A stretch of 64,000 nucleotides of DNA from the human T2T-CHM13v2.0 reference genome, Homo sapiens. Below are positions 17,884 to 32,969 of this stretch, in pieces. Location of the stretch: assembly GCF_009914755.1 (NCBI RefSeq), contig NC_060948.1. The stretch is one strand, 5' to 3'. The translations under genes and the position numbers were made by a program. Below the pieces are notes generated by a model. That model did not search any database, had not been told where the DNA came from, and saw nothing but the letters and a program-made list of their open reading frames with translations. The stretch's first letter is position 1, and each line of letters opens with the position of its first letter.

Positions 17884-20196
17884 GTAATGTAAGAAGGAGT
17901 AAAATTATTTGCTTTCAGGTATTATTGAGGCCTTTAACTTGTTTATACAAATTTCCGGAATAGTTGGTCATTTTAAACTAGTGAAGTGTACCTAAAATTT
18001 AAGGAAACACTTAGAATTAGTGTAGAATGAAGACCTCTGTCTTATTGAGAAGTAATGAAGTCGAATTTTGACAGGAATATACTTGGGAATAACTTTCCTG
18101 TAGAACAGATTTCTGAGATTTGGTGTCCCATTCTTCATTTCTGGATGTAGTTTTCATCTTTACTGTCAAATAACTGAATGAAACATCCAAACTGACTTTC
18201 ATGAATTTTCTTAGGGAGATAGAGTGAAATAAAATTATGACCCACTTTTCAGAGCACAGAATTCCAACTATATTTTCATTTTAGCTGGCTGTTTCACGAT
18301 AGCAATTCTCTGGGTCTCTTTTCACAGATACAAGTACATCTATGCCCAATAATTATATCTATGGTAATAAACTGAAAGAGCTAGTATCTTTGAGGTTTCC
18401 ACATTGCCAACTCCCGAAAATGTGGAGAAGGGTGAAGTTTCTAATATAAAAGTAAGAAGAATGTCATGGAGTAGAAACATAAAGTACTCAAGTTTTCCTT
18501 TCTGTTACTTGTATTATAATAAAAAAGGAGACAGCAGGATAAGTGCTTCAATATTGTGTTTCTCATGTGTTTTTGAAAATGTGTAGGAATATTTTAATAG
18601 TTTTGGTTTCCTTTTTTTTTTTTTTTTTAAGATGCCACCATAGGGGCCTGTTGGGGAGCAAAGGGATTATGTTTTCCTTGATGTTAAGTGAATTAGCCAA
18701 ACATAGACTTCCTGTTCATTCTTGGTTTTTTTCCATGTCGTATATGCCTATTACTATTTTTAAGTGATTTTTATATCAATGTTTTAGTTTATTTTTTTAC
18801 TTTCTTGTTAACCCGATTATAAACTCCCATGGGAGCAACAGTGCCTTTTTTGCCCTGAGGTTTTTATTTGCTTAAGCAATGGCAGGTCCACTTAATGATA
18901 GACCATATCATCAAAGAAAGGTAGTATTCATGTGGCTTTTGAATTAGCATGCATCTGCGTAGATTCTGCCTCTGGCTTTACCAGCAACAGAAAATTTGTA
19001 GAACAGAGACAGAAATGCTTTGCTGTTAATTGCGCTTAAATAAGAATAGGAGTAAACGAGAGTATTACCTCCAAAGCACCAGAGCTGCTTTCCTCCTTAT
19101 AACCAGTTCCTAAAGTGAATGAAAGCAGCTCTCCTTATGTGTCTGCCTACTTCATTCTTCGGTAAGTTTAACAGTTCATCTAGCTACCCTTTATTTGAAA
19201 TGATTTCCAGATGCCTCCTCATATAAATTGCTGACTTCTGGATATATTCTGGTTCGGGAATGGGTAGATTTCTGATGTGGTTTAGTAGGTATATAAATCC
19301 CGTGAGCTTCTTGCATCTAATTTCTCTGATCCTGCTTACACTGATATTTAAAGTAGGTTTTGACATACTCCATCACTTAATGTTGATAAAGGATGTTTAT
19401 ATTCTTCTTAGTTCGTTTTATTTATGTGTTAGCTTTAAAGACATTTTCTTTGACGGAAAGTGAAGTAACAAAATAATAGTCGAATAGTTCTGCCGTGTCT
19501 CTAATTTGTTGATATTTTCCATGTACTTGAAACATGTATGGTACACCTCTTCTTTTTCCTTCTCTGAACAATGGCTAGAAAAAAAACCCTACTTCTTTCT
19601 GTCATTTACTGTGAGGCATTACTGAATCTGGGTGTATTCATGTATGCTGCTACCTGTATGTTTTCAAACAATAAGAATTTATTGAAACATATAAGACATT
19701 ATACTTTCTCTTCTCCAGTATTGGATTATAGACTGCACTTAGTTTTCCGGAATGAAGTACAGACAAAGCCATAACGCATGTACAACTACACATTGTCCTA
19801 TAATATTGTCTGATAAAAAACAGTGTAGAAATATTCTGACAGGGAAATAGCAAATGTATTAATTTAACTTACCTTGCAATCTCTGTTAATGGAGCCTTAT
19901 CACCAGTGTAAGAAATAACGTCTGGGTGTGAATACGTACACAGTATAAGGTAAACTTTGGTGAAGTCGTCAATTCTTTTGTCATTTCTTCCCCCTTCACA
20001 GCCAAAGTGTAGCACTTGACATGGAATCTTTCTTTCTTCATAAATCAGTCATTCATTTGGAATTCTGCATTGTTGTATGTAGAAAAACGATATTTTCCCT
20101 TCTGTAATATTGTTGTTATATTGGGAATTATATTTCTTTGTAATTTTAAAAAGTGGTTTACCATATTCATTTTTTTCTGCCAACCTTTCTTTTCAG

Positions 20197-20268
20197 GCAT
20201 TTCCTGCTTATCCAAGTTCACCATTTCAGGTCACCACTGGATATCAGTTGCCTGTATATAATTATCAG
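20197..20268 (+). CDS. DAZ: DAZ exon 7 repeat Y (2)
   Basis: Identical 72-nt exon with AG/GT. Confidence 0.95.
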
Positions 20269-22581
20269 GTAATGTAAGAAGGAGTAAAATTATTTGCTTT
20301 CAGGTATTATTGAGGCCTTTAACTTGTTTATACAAATTTCCGGAATAGTTGGTCATTTTAAACTAGTGAAGTGTACCTAAAATTTAAGGAAACATTTAGA
20401 ATTAGTGTAGAATGAAGACCTCTGTCTTATTGAGAAGTAATGAAGTCGAATTTTGACAGGAATATACTTGGGAATAACTTTCCTGTAGAACAGATTTCTG
20501 AGATTTGGTGTCCCATTCTTCATTTCTGGATGTAGTTTTCATCTTTACTGTCAAATAACTGAATGAAACATCCAAACTGACTTTCATGAATTTTCTTAGG
20601 GAGATAGAGTGAAATAAAATTATGACCCACTTTGCAGAGCACAGAATTCCAACTATATTTTCATTTTAGCTGGCTGTTTCACGATAGCAATTCTCTGGGT
20701 CTCTTTTCACAGATACAAGTACATCTATGCGCAATAATTATATCTATGGTAATAAACTGAAAGAGCTAGTATCTTTGAGGTTTCCACATTGCCAACTCCC
20801 GAAAATGTGGAGAAGGGTGAAGTTTCTAATATAAAAGTAAGAAGAATGTCATGGAGTAGAAACATAAAGTACTCAAGTTTTCCTTTCTGTTACTTGTATT
20901 ATAATAAAAAAGGAGACAGCAGGATAAGTGCTTCAATATTGTGTTTCTCATGTGTTTTTGAAAATGTGTAGGAATATTTTAATAGTTTTGGTTTCCTTTC
21001 TTTTTTTTTTTTTAAGATGCCACCATAGGGGCCTGTTGGGGAGCAAAGGGATTATGTTTTCCTTGATGTTAAGTGAATTAGCCAAACATAGACTTCCTGT
21101 TCATTCTTGGTTTTTTTCCACGTCGTATATGCCTATTACTATTTTTAAGTGATTTTTATATCAATGTTTTAGTTTATTTTTTTACTTTCTTGTTAACCCG
21201 ATTATAAACTCCCATGGGAGCAACAGTGCCTTTTTTGCCCTGAGGTTTTTATTTGCTTAAGCAATGGCAGGTCCACTTAATGATAGACCATATCATCAAA
21301 GAAAGGTAGTATTCATGTGGCTTTTGAATTAGCATGCATCTGCGTAGATTCTGCCTCTGGCTTTACCAGCAACAGAAAATTTGTAGAACAGAGACAGAAA
21401 TGCTTTGCTGTTAATTGCGCTTAAATAAGAATAGGAGTAAACGAGAGTATTACCTCCAAAGCACCAGAGCTGCTTTCCTCCTTATAACCAGTTCCTAAAG
21501 TGAATGAAAGCAGCTCTCCTTATGTGTCTGCCTACTTCATTCTTCGGTAAGTTTAACAGTTCATCTAGCTACCCTTTATTTGAAATGATTTCCAGATGCC
21601 TCCTCATATAAATTGCTGACTTCTGGATATATTCTGGTTCGGGAATGGGTAGATTTCTGATGTGGTTTAGTAGGTATATAAATCCCGTGAGCTTCTTGCA
21701 TCTAATTTCTCTGATCCTGCTTACACTGATATTTAAAGTAGGTTTTGACATACTCCATCACTTAATGTTGATAAAGGACGTTTATATTCTTCTTAGTTCG
21801 TTTTATTTATGTGTTAGCTTTAAAGACATTTTCTTTGACGGAAAGTGAAGTAACAAAATAATAGTCGAATAGTTCTGCCGTGTCTCTAATTTGTTGATAT
21901 TTTCCATGTACTTGAAACATGTATGGTACACCTCTTCTTTTTCCTTCTCTGAACAATGGCTAGAAAAAAAACCCTACTTCTTTCTGTCATTTACTGTGAG
22001 GCATTACTGAATCTGGGTGTATTCATGTATGCTGCTACCTGTATGTTTTCAAACAATAAGAATTCATTGAAACATATAAGACATTATACTTTCTCTTCTC
22101 CAGTATTGGATTATAGACTGCACTTAGTTTTCCGGAATGAAGTACAGACAAAGCCATAACGCGTGTACAACTACACATTGTCCTATAATATTGTCTGATA
22201 AAAAACAGTGTAGAAATATTCTGACAGGGAAATAGCAAATGTATTAATTTAACTTACCTTGCAATCTCTCTTAATGGAGCCTTATCACCAGTGTAAGAAA
22301 TAACGTCTGGGTGTGAATACGTACACAGTATAAGGTAAACTTTGGTGAAGTCGTCAATTCTTTTGTCATTGCTTCCCCCTTCACACCCAAAGTGTAGCAC
22401 TTGACATGGAATCTTTCTTTCTTCATAAATCAGTCATTCATTTGGAATTCTGCATTGTTGTATGTAGAAAAACGATATTTTCCCTTCTGTAATATTGTTG
22501 TTATATTGGGAATTATATTTCTTTGTAATTTTAAAAAGTGGTTTACCATATTCATTTTTTTCTGCCAACCTTTCTTTTCAG

Positions 22582-22653
22582 GCATTTCCTGCTTATCCAA
22601 GTTCACCATTTCAGGTCACCACTGGATATCAGTTGCCTGTATATAATTATCAG
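22582..22653 (+). CDS. DAZ: DAZ exon 7 repeat Y (3)
   Basis: Identical 72-nt exon with AG/GT. Confidence 0.95.
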
Positions 22654-24965
22654 GTAATGTAAGAAGGAGTAAAATTATTTGCTTTCAGGTATTATTGAGG
22701 CCTTTAACTTGTTTATACAAATTTCCGGAATAGTTGGTCATTTTAAACTAGTGAAGTGTACCTAAAATTTAAGGAAACACTTAGAATTAGTGTAGAATGA
22801 AGACCTCTGTCTTATTGAGAAGTAATGAAGTCGAATTTTGACAGGAATATACTTGGGAATAACTTTCCTGTAGAACAGATTTCTGAGATTTGGTGTCCCA
22901 TTCTTCATTTCTGGATGTAGTTTTCATCTTTACTGTCAAATAACTGAATGAAACATCCAAACTGACTTTCATGAATTTTCTTAGGGAGATAGAGTGAAAT
23001 AAAATTATGACCCACTTTTCAGAGCACAGAATTCCAACTATATTTTCATTTTAGCTGGCTGTTTCACGATAGCAATTCTCTGGGTCTCTTTTCACAGATA
23101 CAAGTATATCTATGCCCAATAATTATATCTATGGTAATAAACTGAAAGAGCTAGTATCTTTGAGGTTTCCACATTGCCAACTCCCGAAAATGTGGAGAAG
23201 GGTGAAGTTTCTAATATAAAAGTAAGAAGAATGTCATGGAGTAGAAACATAAAGTACTCAAGTTTTCCTTTCTGTTACTTGTATTATAATAAAAAAGGAG
23301 ACAGCAGGATAAGTGCTTCAATATTGTGTTTCTCATGTGTTTTTGAAAATGTGTAGGAATATTTTAATAGTTTTGGTTTCCTTTTTTTTTTTTTTTTAAG
23401 ATGCCACCATAGGGGCCTGTTGGGGAGCAAAGGGATTATGTTTTCCTTGATGTTAAGTGAATTAGCCAAACATAGACTTCCTGTTCATTCTTGGTTTTTT
23501 TCCACGTCGTATATGCCTATTACTATTTTTAAGTGATTTTTATATCAATGTTTTAGTTTATTTTTTTACTTTCTTGTTAACCCGATTATAAACTCCCATG
23601 GGAGCAACAGTGCCTTTTTTGCCCTGAGGTTTTTATTTGCTTAAGCAATGGCAGGTCCACTTAATGATAGACCATATCATCAAAGAAAGGTAGTATTCAT
23701 GTGGCTTTTGAATTAGCATGCATCTGCGTAGATTCTGCCTCTGGCTTTACCAGCAACAGAAAATTTGTAGAACAGAGACAGAAATGCTTTGCTGTTAATT
23801 GCGCTTAAATAAGAATAGGAGTAAACGAGAGTATTACCTCCAAAGCACCAGAGCTGCTTTCCTCCTTATAACCAGTTCCTAAAGTGAATGAAAGCAGCTC
23901 TCCTTATGTGTCTGCCTACTTCATTCTTCGGTAAGTTTAACAGTTCATCTAGCTACCCTTTATTTGAAATGATTTCCAGATGCCTCCTCATATAAATTGC
24001 TGACTTCTGGATATATTCTGGTTCGGGAATGGGTAGATTTCTGATGTGGTTTAGTAGGTATATAAATCCCGTGAGCTTCTTGCATCTAATTTCTCTGATC
24101 CTGCTTACACTGATATTTAAAGTAGGTTTTGACATACTCCATCACTTAATGTTGATAAAGGACGTTTATATTCTTCTTAGTTCGTTTTATTTATGTGTTA
24201 GCTTTAAAGACATTTTCTTTGACGGAAAGTGAAGTAACAAAATAATAGTCGAATAGTTCTGCCGTGTCTCTAATTTGTTGATATTTTCCATGTACTTGAA
24301 ACATGTATGGTACACCTCTTCTTTTTCCTTCTCTGAACAATGGCTAGAAAAAAAACCCTACTTCTTTCTGTCATTTACTGTGAGGCATTACTGAATCTGG
24401 GTGTATTCATGTATGCTGCTACCTGTATGTTTTCAAACAATAAGAATTTATTGAAACTTATAAGACATTATACTTTCTCTTCTCCAGTATTGGATTATAG
24501 ACTGCACTTAGTTTTCCGGAATGAAGTACAGACAAAGCCATAACGCGTGTACAACTACACATTGTCCTATAATATTGTCTGATAAAAAACAGTGTAGAAA
24601 TATTCTGACAGGGAAATAGCAAATGTATTAATTTAACTTACCTTGCAATCTCTCTTAATGGAGCCTTATCACCAGTGTAAGAAAGAACGTCTGGGTGTGA
24701 ATACGTACACAGTATAAGGTAAACTTTGGTGAAGTCGTCAATTCTTTTGTCATTTCTTCCCCCTTCACAGCCAAAGTGTAGCACTTGACATGGAATCTTT
24801 CTTTCTTCATAAATCAGTCATTCATTTGGAATTCTGCATTGTTGTATGTAGAAAAACGATATTTTCCCTTCTGTAATATTGTTGTTATATTGGGAATTAT
24901 ATTTCTTTGTAATTTTAAAAAGTGGTTTACCATATTCATTTTTTTCTGCCAACCTTTCTTTTCAG

Positions 24966-25037
24966 GCATTTCCTGCTTATCCAAGTTCACCATTTCAGGT
25001 CACCACTGGATATCAGTTGCCTGTATATAATTATCAG
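24966..25037 (+). CDS. DAZ: DAZ exon 7 repeat Y (4)
   Basis: Identical 72-nt exon with AG/GT. Confidence 0.95.
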
Positions 25038-27349
25038 GTAATGTAAGAAGGAGTAAAATTATTTGCTTTCAGGTATTATTGAGGCCTTTAACTTGTTTAT
25101 ACAAATTTCCGGAATAGTTGGTCATTTTAAACTAGTGAAGTGTACCTAAAATTTAAGGAAACACTTAGAATTAGTGTAGAATGAAGACCTCTGTCTTATT
25201 GAGAAGTAATGAAGTCGAATTTTGACAGGAATATACTTGGGAATAACTTTCCTGTAGAACAGATTTCTGAGATTTGGTGTCCCATTCTTCATTTCTGGAT
25301 GTAGTTTTCATCTTTACTGTCAAATAACTGAATGAAACATCCAAACTGACTTTCATGAATTTTCTTAGGGAGATAGAGTGAAATAAAATTATGACCCACT
25401 TTTCAGAGCACAGAATTCCAACTATATTTTCATTTTAGCTGGCTGTTTCACGATAGCAATTCTCTGGGTCTCTTTTCACAGATACAAGTATAACTATGCC
25501 CAATAATTATATCTATGGTAATAAACTGAAAGAGCTAGTATCTTTGAGGTTTCCACATTGCCAACTCCCGAAAATGTGGAGAAGGGTGAAGTTTCTAATA
25601 TAAAAGTAACAAGAATGTCATGGAGTAGAAACATAAAGTACTCAAGTTTTCCTTTCTGTTACTTGTATTATAATAAAAAAGGAGACAGCAGGATAAGTGC
25701 TTCAATATTGTGTTTCTCATGTGTTTTTGAAAATGTGTAGGAATATTTTAATAGTTTTGGTTTCCTTTTTTTTTTTTTTTTAAGATGCCACCATAGGGGC
25801 CTGTTGGGGAGCAAAGGGATTATGTTTTCCTTGATGTTAAGTGAATTAGCCAAACATAGTCTTCCTGTTCATTCTTGGTTTTTTTCCACGTCGTATATGC
25901 CTATTACTATTTTTAAGTGATTTTTATATCAATGTTTTAGTTTATTTTTTTACTTTCTTGTTAACCCGATTATAAACTCCCATGGGAGCAACAGTGCCTT
26001 TTTTGCCCTGAGGTTTTTATTTGCTTAAGCAATGGCAGGTCCACTTAATGATAGACCATATCATCAAAGAAAGGTAGTATTCATGTGGCTTTTGAATTAG
26101 CATGCATCTGCGTAGATTCTGCCTCTGGCTTTACCAGCAACAGAAAATTTGTAGAACAGAGACAGAAATGCTTTGCTGTTAATTGCGCTTAAATAAGAAT
26201 AGGAGTAAACGAGAGTATTACCTCCAAAGCACCAGAGCTGCTTTCCTCCTTATAACCAGTTCCTAAAGTGAATGAAAGCAGCTCTCCTTATGTGTCTGCC
26301 TACTTCATTCTTCGGTAAGTTTAACAGTTCATCTAGCTACCCTTTATTTGAAATGATTTCCAGATGCCTCCTCATATAAATTGCTGACTTCTGGATATAT
26401 TCTGGTTCGGGAATGGGTAGATTTCTGATGTGGTTTAGTAGGTATATAAATCCCGTGAGCTTCTTGCATCTAATTTCTCTGATCCTGCTTACACTGATAT
26501 TTAAAGTAGGTTTTGACATACTCCATCACTTAATGTTGATAAAGGACGTTTATATTCTTCTTAGTTCGTTTTATTTATGTGTTAGCTTTAAAGACATTTT
26601 CTTTGACGGAAAGTGAAGTAACAAAATAATAGTCGAATAGTTCTGCCGTGTCTCTAATTTGTTGATATTTTCCATGTACTTGAAACATGTATGGTACACC
26701 TCTTCTTTTTCCTTCTCTGAACAATGGCTAGAAAAAAAACCCTACTTCTTTCTGTCATTTACTGTGAGGCATTACTGAATCTGGGTGTATTCATGTATGC
26801 TGCTACCTGTATGTTTTCAAACAATAAGAATTTATTGAAACTTATAAGACATTATACTTTCTCTTCTCCAGTATTGGATTATAGACTGCACTTAGTTTTC
26901 CGGAATGAAGTACAGACAAAGCCATAACGCGTGTACAACTACACATTGTCCTATAATATTGTCTGATAAAAAACAGTGTAGAAATATTCTGACAGGGAAA
27001 TAGCAAATGTATTAATTTAACTTACCTTGCAATCTCTCTTAATGGAGCCTTATCACCAGTGTAAGAAAGAACGTCTGGGTGTGAATACGTACACAGTATA
27101 AGGTAAACTTTGGTGAAGTCGTCAATTCTTTTGTCATTTCTTCCCCCTTCACACCCAAAGTGTAGCACTTGACATGGAATCTTTCTTTCTTCATAAATCA
27201 GTCATTCATTTGGAATTCTGCATTGTTGTATGTAGAAAAACGATATTTTCCCTTCTGTAATATTGTTGTTATATTGGGAATTATATTTCTTTGTAATTTT
27301 AAAAAGTGGTTTACCATATTCATTTTTTTCTGCCAACCTTTCTTTTCAG

Positions 27350-27421
27350 GCATTTCCTGCTTATCCAAGTTCACCATTTCAGGTCACCACTGGATATCAG
27401 TTGCCTGTATATAATTATCAG
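27350..27421 (+). CDS. DAZ: DAZ exon 7 repeat Y (5)
   Basis: Identical 72-nt exon with AG/GT. Confidence 0.95.
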
Positions 27422-29733
27422 GTAATGTAAGAAGGAGTAAAATTATTTGCTTTCAGGTATTATTGAGGCCTTTAACTTGTTTATACAAATTTCCGGAATA
27501 GTTGGTCATTTTAAACTAGTGAAGTGTACCTAAAATTTAAGGAAACACTTAGAATTAGTGTAGAATGAAGACCTCTGTCTTATTGAGAAGTAATGAAGTC
27601 GAATTTTGACAGGAATATACTTGGGAATAACTTTCCTGTAGAACAGATTTCTGAGATTTGGTGTCCCATTCTTCATTTCTGGATGTAGTTTTCATCTTTA
27701 CTGTCAAATAACTGAATGAAACATCCAAACTGACTTTCATGAATTTTCTTAGGGAGATAGAGTGAAATAAAATTATGACCCACTTTTCAGAGCACAGAAT
27801 TCCAACTATATTTTCATTTTAGCTGGCTGTTTCACGATAGCAATTCTCTGGGTCTCTTTTCACAGATACAAGTATATCTATGCCCAATAATTATATCTAT
27901 GGTAATAAACTGAAAGAGCTAGTATCTTTGAGGTTTCCACATTGCCAACTCCCGAAAATGTGGAGAAGGGTGAAGTTTCTAATATAAAAGTAAGAAGAAT
28001 GTCATGGAGTAGAAACATAAAGTACTCAAGTTTTCCTTTCTGTTACTTGTATTATAATAAAAAAGGAGACAGCAGGATAAGTGCTTCAATATTGTGTTTC
28101 TCATGTGTTTTTGAAAATGTGTAGGAATATTTTAATAGTTTTGGTTTCCTTTTTTTTTTTTTTTTAAGATGCCACCATAGGGGCCTGTTGGGGAGCAAAG
28201 GGATTATGTTTTCCTTGATGTTAAGTGAATTAGCCAAACATAGACTTCCTGTTCATTCTTGGTTTTTTTCCACGTCGTATATGCCTATTACTATTTTTAA
28301 GTGATTTTTATATCAATGTTTTAGTTTATTTTTTTACTTTCTTGTTAACCCGATTATAAACTCCCATGGGAGCAACAGTGCCTTTTTTGCCCTGAGGTTT
28401 TTATTTGCTTAAGCAATGGCAGGTCCACTTAATGATAGACCATATCATCAAAGAAAGGTAGTATTCATGTGGCTTTTGAATTAGCATGCATCTGCGTAGA
28501 TTCTGCCTCTGGCTTTACCAGCAACAGAAAATTTGTAGAACAGAGACAGAAATGCTTTGCTGTTAATTGCGCTTAAATAAGAATAGGAGTAAACGAGAGT
28601 ATTACCTCCAAAGCACCAGAGCTGCTTTCCTCCTTATAACCAGTTCCTAAAGTGAATGAAAGCAGCTCTCCTTATGTGTCTGCCTACTTCATTCTTCGGT
28701 AAGTTTAACAGTTCATCTAGCTACCCTTTATTTGAAATGATTTCCAGATGCCTCCTCATATAAATTGCTGACTTCTGGATATATTCTGGTTCGGGAATGG
28801 GTAGATTTCTGATGTGGTTTAGTAGGTATATAAATCCCGTGAGCTTCTTGCATCTAATTTCTCTGATCCTGCTTACACTGATATTTAAAGTAGGTTTTGA
28901 CATACTCCATCACTTAATGTTGATAAAGGACGTTTATATTCTTCTTAGTTCGTTTTATTTATGTGTTAGCTTTAAAGACATTTTCTTTGACGGAAAGTGA
29001 AGTAACAAAATAATAGTCGAATAGTTCTGCCGTGTCTCTAATTTGTTGATATTTTCCATGTACTTGAAACATGTATGGTACACCTCTTCTTTTTCCTTCT
29101 CTGAACAATGGCTAGAAAAAAAACCCTACTTCTTTCTGTCATTTACTGTGAGGCATTACTGAATCTGGGTGTATTCATGTATGCTGCTACCTGTATGTTT
29201 TCAAACAATAAGAATTTATTGAAACTTATAAGACATTATACTTTCTCTTCTCCAGTATTGGATTATAGACTGCACTTAGTTTTCCGGAATGAAGTACAGA
29301 CAAAGCCATAACGCGTGTACAACTACACATTGTCCTATAATATTGTCTGATAAAAAACAGTGTAGAAATATTCTGACAGGGAAATAGCAAATGTATTAAT
29401 TTAACTTACCTTGCAATCTCTCTTAATGGAGCCTTATCACCAGTGTAAGAAAGAACGTCTGGGTGTGAATACGTACACAGTATAAGGTAAACTTTGGTGA
29501 AGTCGTCAATTCTTTTGTCATTTCTTCCCCCTTCACACCCAAAGTGTAGCACTTGACATGGAATCTTTCTTTCTTCATAAATCAGTCATTCATTTGGAAT
29601 TCTGCATTGTTGTATGTAGAAAAACGATATTTTCCCTTCTGTAATATTGTTGTTATATTGGGAATTATATTTCTTTGTAATTTTAAAAAGTGGTTTACCA
29701 TATTCATTTTTTTCTGCCAACCTTTCTTTTCAG

Positions 29734-29805
29734 GCATTTCCTGCTTATCCAAGTTCACCATTTCAGGTCACCACTGGATATCAGTTGCCTGTATATAATT
29801 ATCAG
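29734..29805 (+). CDS. DAZ: DAZ exon 7 repeat Y (6)
   Basis: Identical 72-nt exon with AG/GT. Confidence 0.95.
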
Positions 29806-32117
29806 GTAATGTAAGAAGGAGTAAAATTATTTGCTTTCAGGTATTATTGAGGCCTTTAACTTGTTTATACAAATTTCCGGAATAGTTGGTCATTTTAAAC
29901 TAGTGAAGTGTACCTAAAATTTAAGGAAACACTTAGAATTAGTGTAGAATGAAGACCTCTGTCTTATTGAGAAGTAATGAAGTCGAATTTTGACAGGAAT
30001 ATACTTGGGAATAACTTTCCTGTAGAACAGATTTCTGAGATTTGGTGTCCCATTCTTCATTTCTGGATGTAGTTTTCATCTTTACTGTCAAATAACTGAA
30101 TGAAACATCCAAACTGACTTTCATGAATTTTCTTAGGGAGATAGAGTGAAATAAAATTATGACCCACTTTTCAGAGCACAGAATTCCAACTATATTTTCA
30201 TTTTAGCTGGCTGTTTCACGATAGCAATTCTCTGGGTCTCTTTTCACAGATACAAGTATATCTATGCCCAATAATTATATCTATGGTAATAAACTGAAAG
30301 AGCTAGTATCTTTGAGGTTTCCACATTGCCAACTCCCGAAAATGTGGAGAAGGGTGAAGTTTCTAATATAAAAGTAAGAAGAATGTCATGGAGTAGAAAC
30401 ATAAAGTACTCAAGTTTTCCTTTCTGTTACTTGTATTATAATAAAAAAGGAGACAGCAGGATAAGTGCTTCAATATTGTGTTTCTCATGTGTTTTTGAAA
30501 ATGTGTAGGAATATTTTAATAGTTTTGGTTTCCTTTTTTTTTTTTTTTTAAGATGCCACCATAGGGGCCTGTTGGGGAGCAAAGGGATTATGTTTTCCTT
30601 GATGTTAAGTGAATTAGCCAAACATAGACTTCCTGTTCATTCTTGGTTTTTTTCCACGTCGTATATGCCTATTACTATTTTTAAGTGATTTTTATATCAA
30701 TGTTTTAGTTTATTTTTTTACTTTCTTGTTAACCCGATTATAAACTCCCATGGGAGCAACAGTGCCTTTTTTGCCCTGAGGTTTTTATTTGCTTAAGCAA
30801 TGGCAGGTCCACTTAATGATAGACCATATCATCAAAGAAAGGTAGTATTCATGTGGCTTTTGAATTAGCATGCATCTGCGTAGATTCTGCCTCTGGCTTT
30901 ACCAGCAACAGAAAATTTGTAGAACAGAGACAGAAATGCTTTGCTGTTAATTGCGCTTAAATAAGAATAGGAGTAAACGAGAGTATTACCTCCAAAGCAC
31001 CAGAGCTGCTTTCCTCCTTATAACCAGTTCCTAAAGTGAATGAAAGCAGCTCTCCTTATGTGTCTGCCTACTTCATTCTTCGGTAAGTTTAACAGTTCAT
31101 CTAGCTACCCTTTATTTGAAATGATTTCCAGATGCCTCCTCATATAAATTGCTGACTTCTGGATATATTCTGGTTCGGGAATGGGTAGATTTCTGATGTG
31201 GTTTAGTAGGTATATAAATCCCGTGAGCTTCTTGCATCTAATTTCTCTGATCCTGCTTACACTGATATTTAAAGTAGGTTTTGACATACTCCATCACTTA
31301 ATGTTGATAAAGGACGTTTATATTCTTCTTAGTTCGTTTTATTTATGTGTTAGCTTTAAAGACATTTTCTTTGACGGAAAATGAAGTAACAAAATAATAG
31401 TCCAATAGTTCTGCAGTGTCTCTAATTTGTTGATGTTTTCCATGTACTTGAAACATGTGTGGTATACCTCTTCTTTTTCCTTCTCTGAACAATGGCTGGA
31501 AAAAAAGCCCTACTTGTTTCTGTCATTTACTGTGCGGCATTACTGAATCAGGGCATATTCATGTATGCTGCTACCTGTATGTTTTCAAACAATAAGAATT
31601 CATTGAAACATATAAGACATTATACTTTCTCTTCTCCAGTATTGGATTATAGACTGCACTTAGTTTTTTGGAATGAAGTACAAACATAGCACTAATATCT
31701 ATAGAACTACATATTACCCTTTAATATTGTCTGATACAAAACAGTCTAGAAATATTCTGACATTGAAATAGCAAATGTATAAATTTAACTTACATTGCAA
31801 TCTGTCTTAATGGAGCCTTATCACCGGTGTAAGAAAGAATTTCTGGGTGTGAATAAGTACACAGTATAAGGTAAACTTTGGTGAAATAGTCAATTCTTTT
31901 GTCATTTGTTCCCCCTTCACACCCAAAGTGTGGCACATGACATAGACTATTTCTTTCTTCATAAAGTCAGTCATTCATTTAGAATTCTGCATTGTTGTAT
32001 GTAGAAAAATGATATTTTAACGTTTTTAATATTTTTGTTACATTGGGAATGATATTTCTTTCTAATTTTAAAAAATGGTTTACCATATTCTTTTTTTTCT
32101 GCCACCTTTCTTTTCAG

Positions 32118-32189
32118 GCATTTCCTGCTTATCCAAATTCAGCAGTTCAGGTCACCACTGGATATCAGTTCCATGTATACAATTACCAG
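32118..32189 (+). CDS. DAZ: DAZ exon 7 repeat Z: AFPAYPNSAVQVTTGYQFHVYNYQ
   Basis: ttttcag|GCA...TACCAG|gtaatg. Confidence 0.96.
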
Positions 32190-32934
32190 GTAATGTAAGA
32201 AGGAATGAAATGATTTGCTTTCAGGTATTATTGAGGCCTTTAACTTGTTTATACAAATTTCCTGAATAGTTGGTCATTTTAAACTAGTGAAGTGTACCTA
32301 ATATTTAAGGAAACACTTAGAATTAGTGTAGAATGAAGACCTCTGTCTGATTTAGAAGTAATGAAGTAATATTTTGACAGGAATGTACTTGGCAATAACT
32401 TTTCTGTAGAACAGTTTTCTGAGATTTGACCCTTCTATATTTCAGGATATAGTTTTCATCTTTGCTGTCAAATAGCTGAATGAAACCTCCAGAATGACTT
32501 TCATGAATTTTTTAGGGATATAGAGTAAATAAAATTATTACCCAATTCTTAGAGCACATAATTCAAATTATAGTTTCATTTAGTAGGCTGTTTCCCGACA
32601 ATTGTTGTCTGGTTCTCTTTTCATAGTAGAGAGGACTCTATCTATGACCAATAATCATATGTAGCATAATAAGTTCAAAGTAGTAACATCTTTGAGATTT
32701 CCACAATGCCAAATCCAAAAATTGGGGAAAAGGTGTGGTTTCGTATTTGTATGTGGAAGTAACAACAAGAATGTCAGGAATTAGAACCATAAAGTACTTC
32801 TTTTTTTCCATTGTCTTTCTTTTATTATAATAACAAAGGAGCCAGCATAGGTACTTCAATATTTTATATATCATTTGTTTTTGAAAATGTTTATGAATAT
32901 TTGAATAATTTTGTTTTCCTATTTTTTTTTTAAG

Positions 32935-32969
32935 ATGCCACCGCAGTGCCCTGTTGGGGAGCAAAGGAG
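32935..32969 (+). CDS. DAZ: DAZ exon 8 (35 nt): MPPQCPVGEQR+AG
   Basis: taag|ATGCCACCGCAG...AGGAG|gtaggt; joins exon 10 to give the known RRNLWTEAY. Confidence 0.94.
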
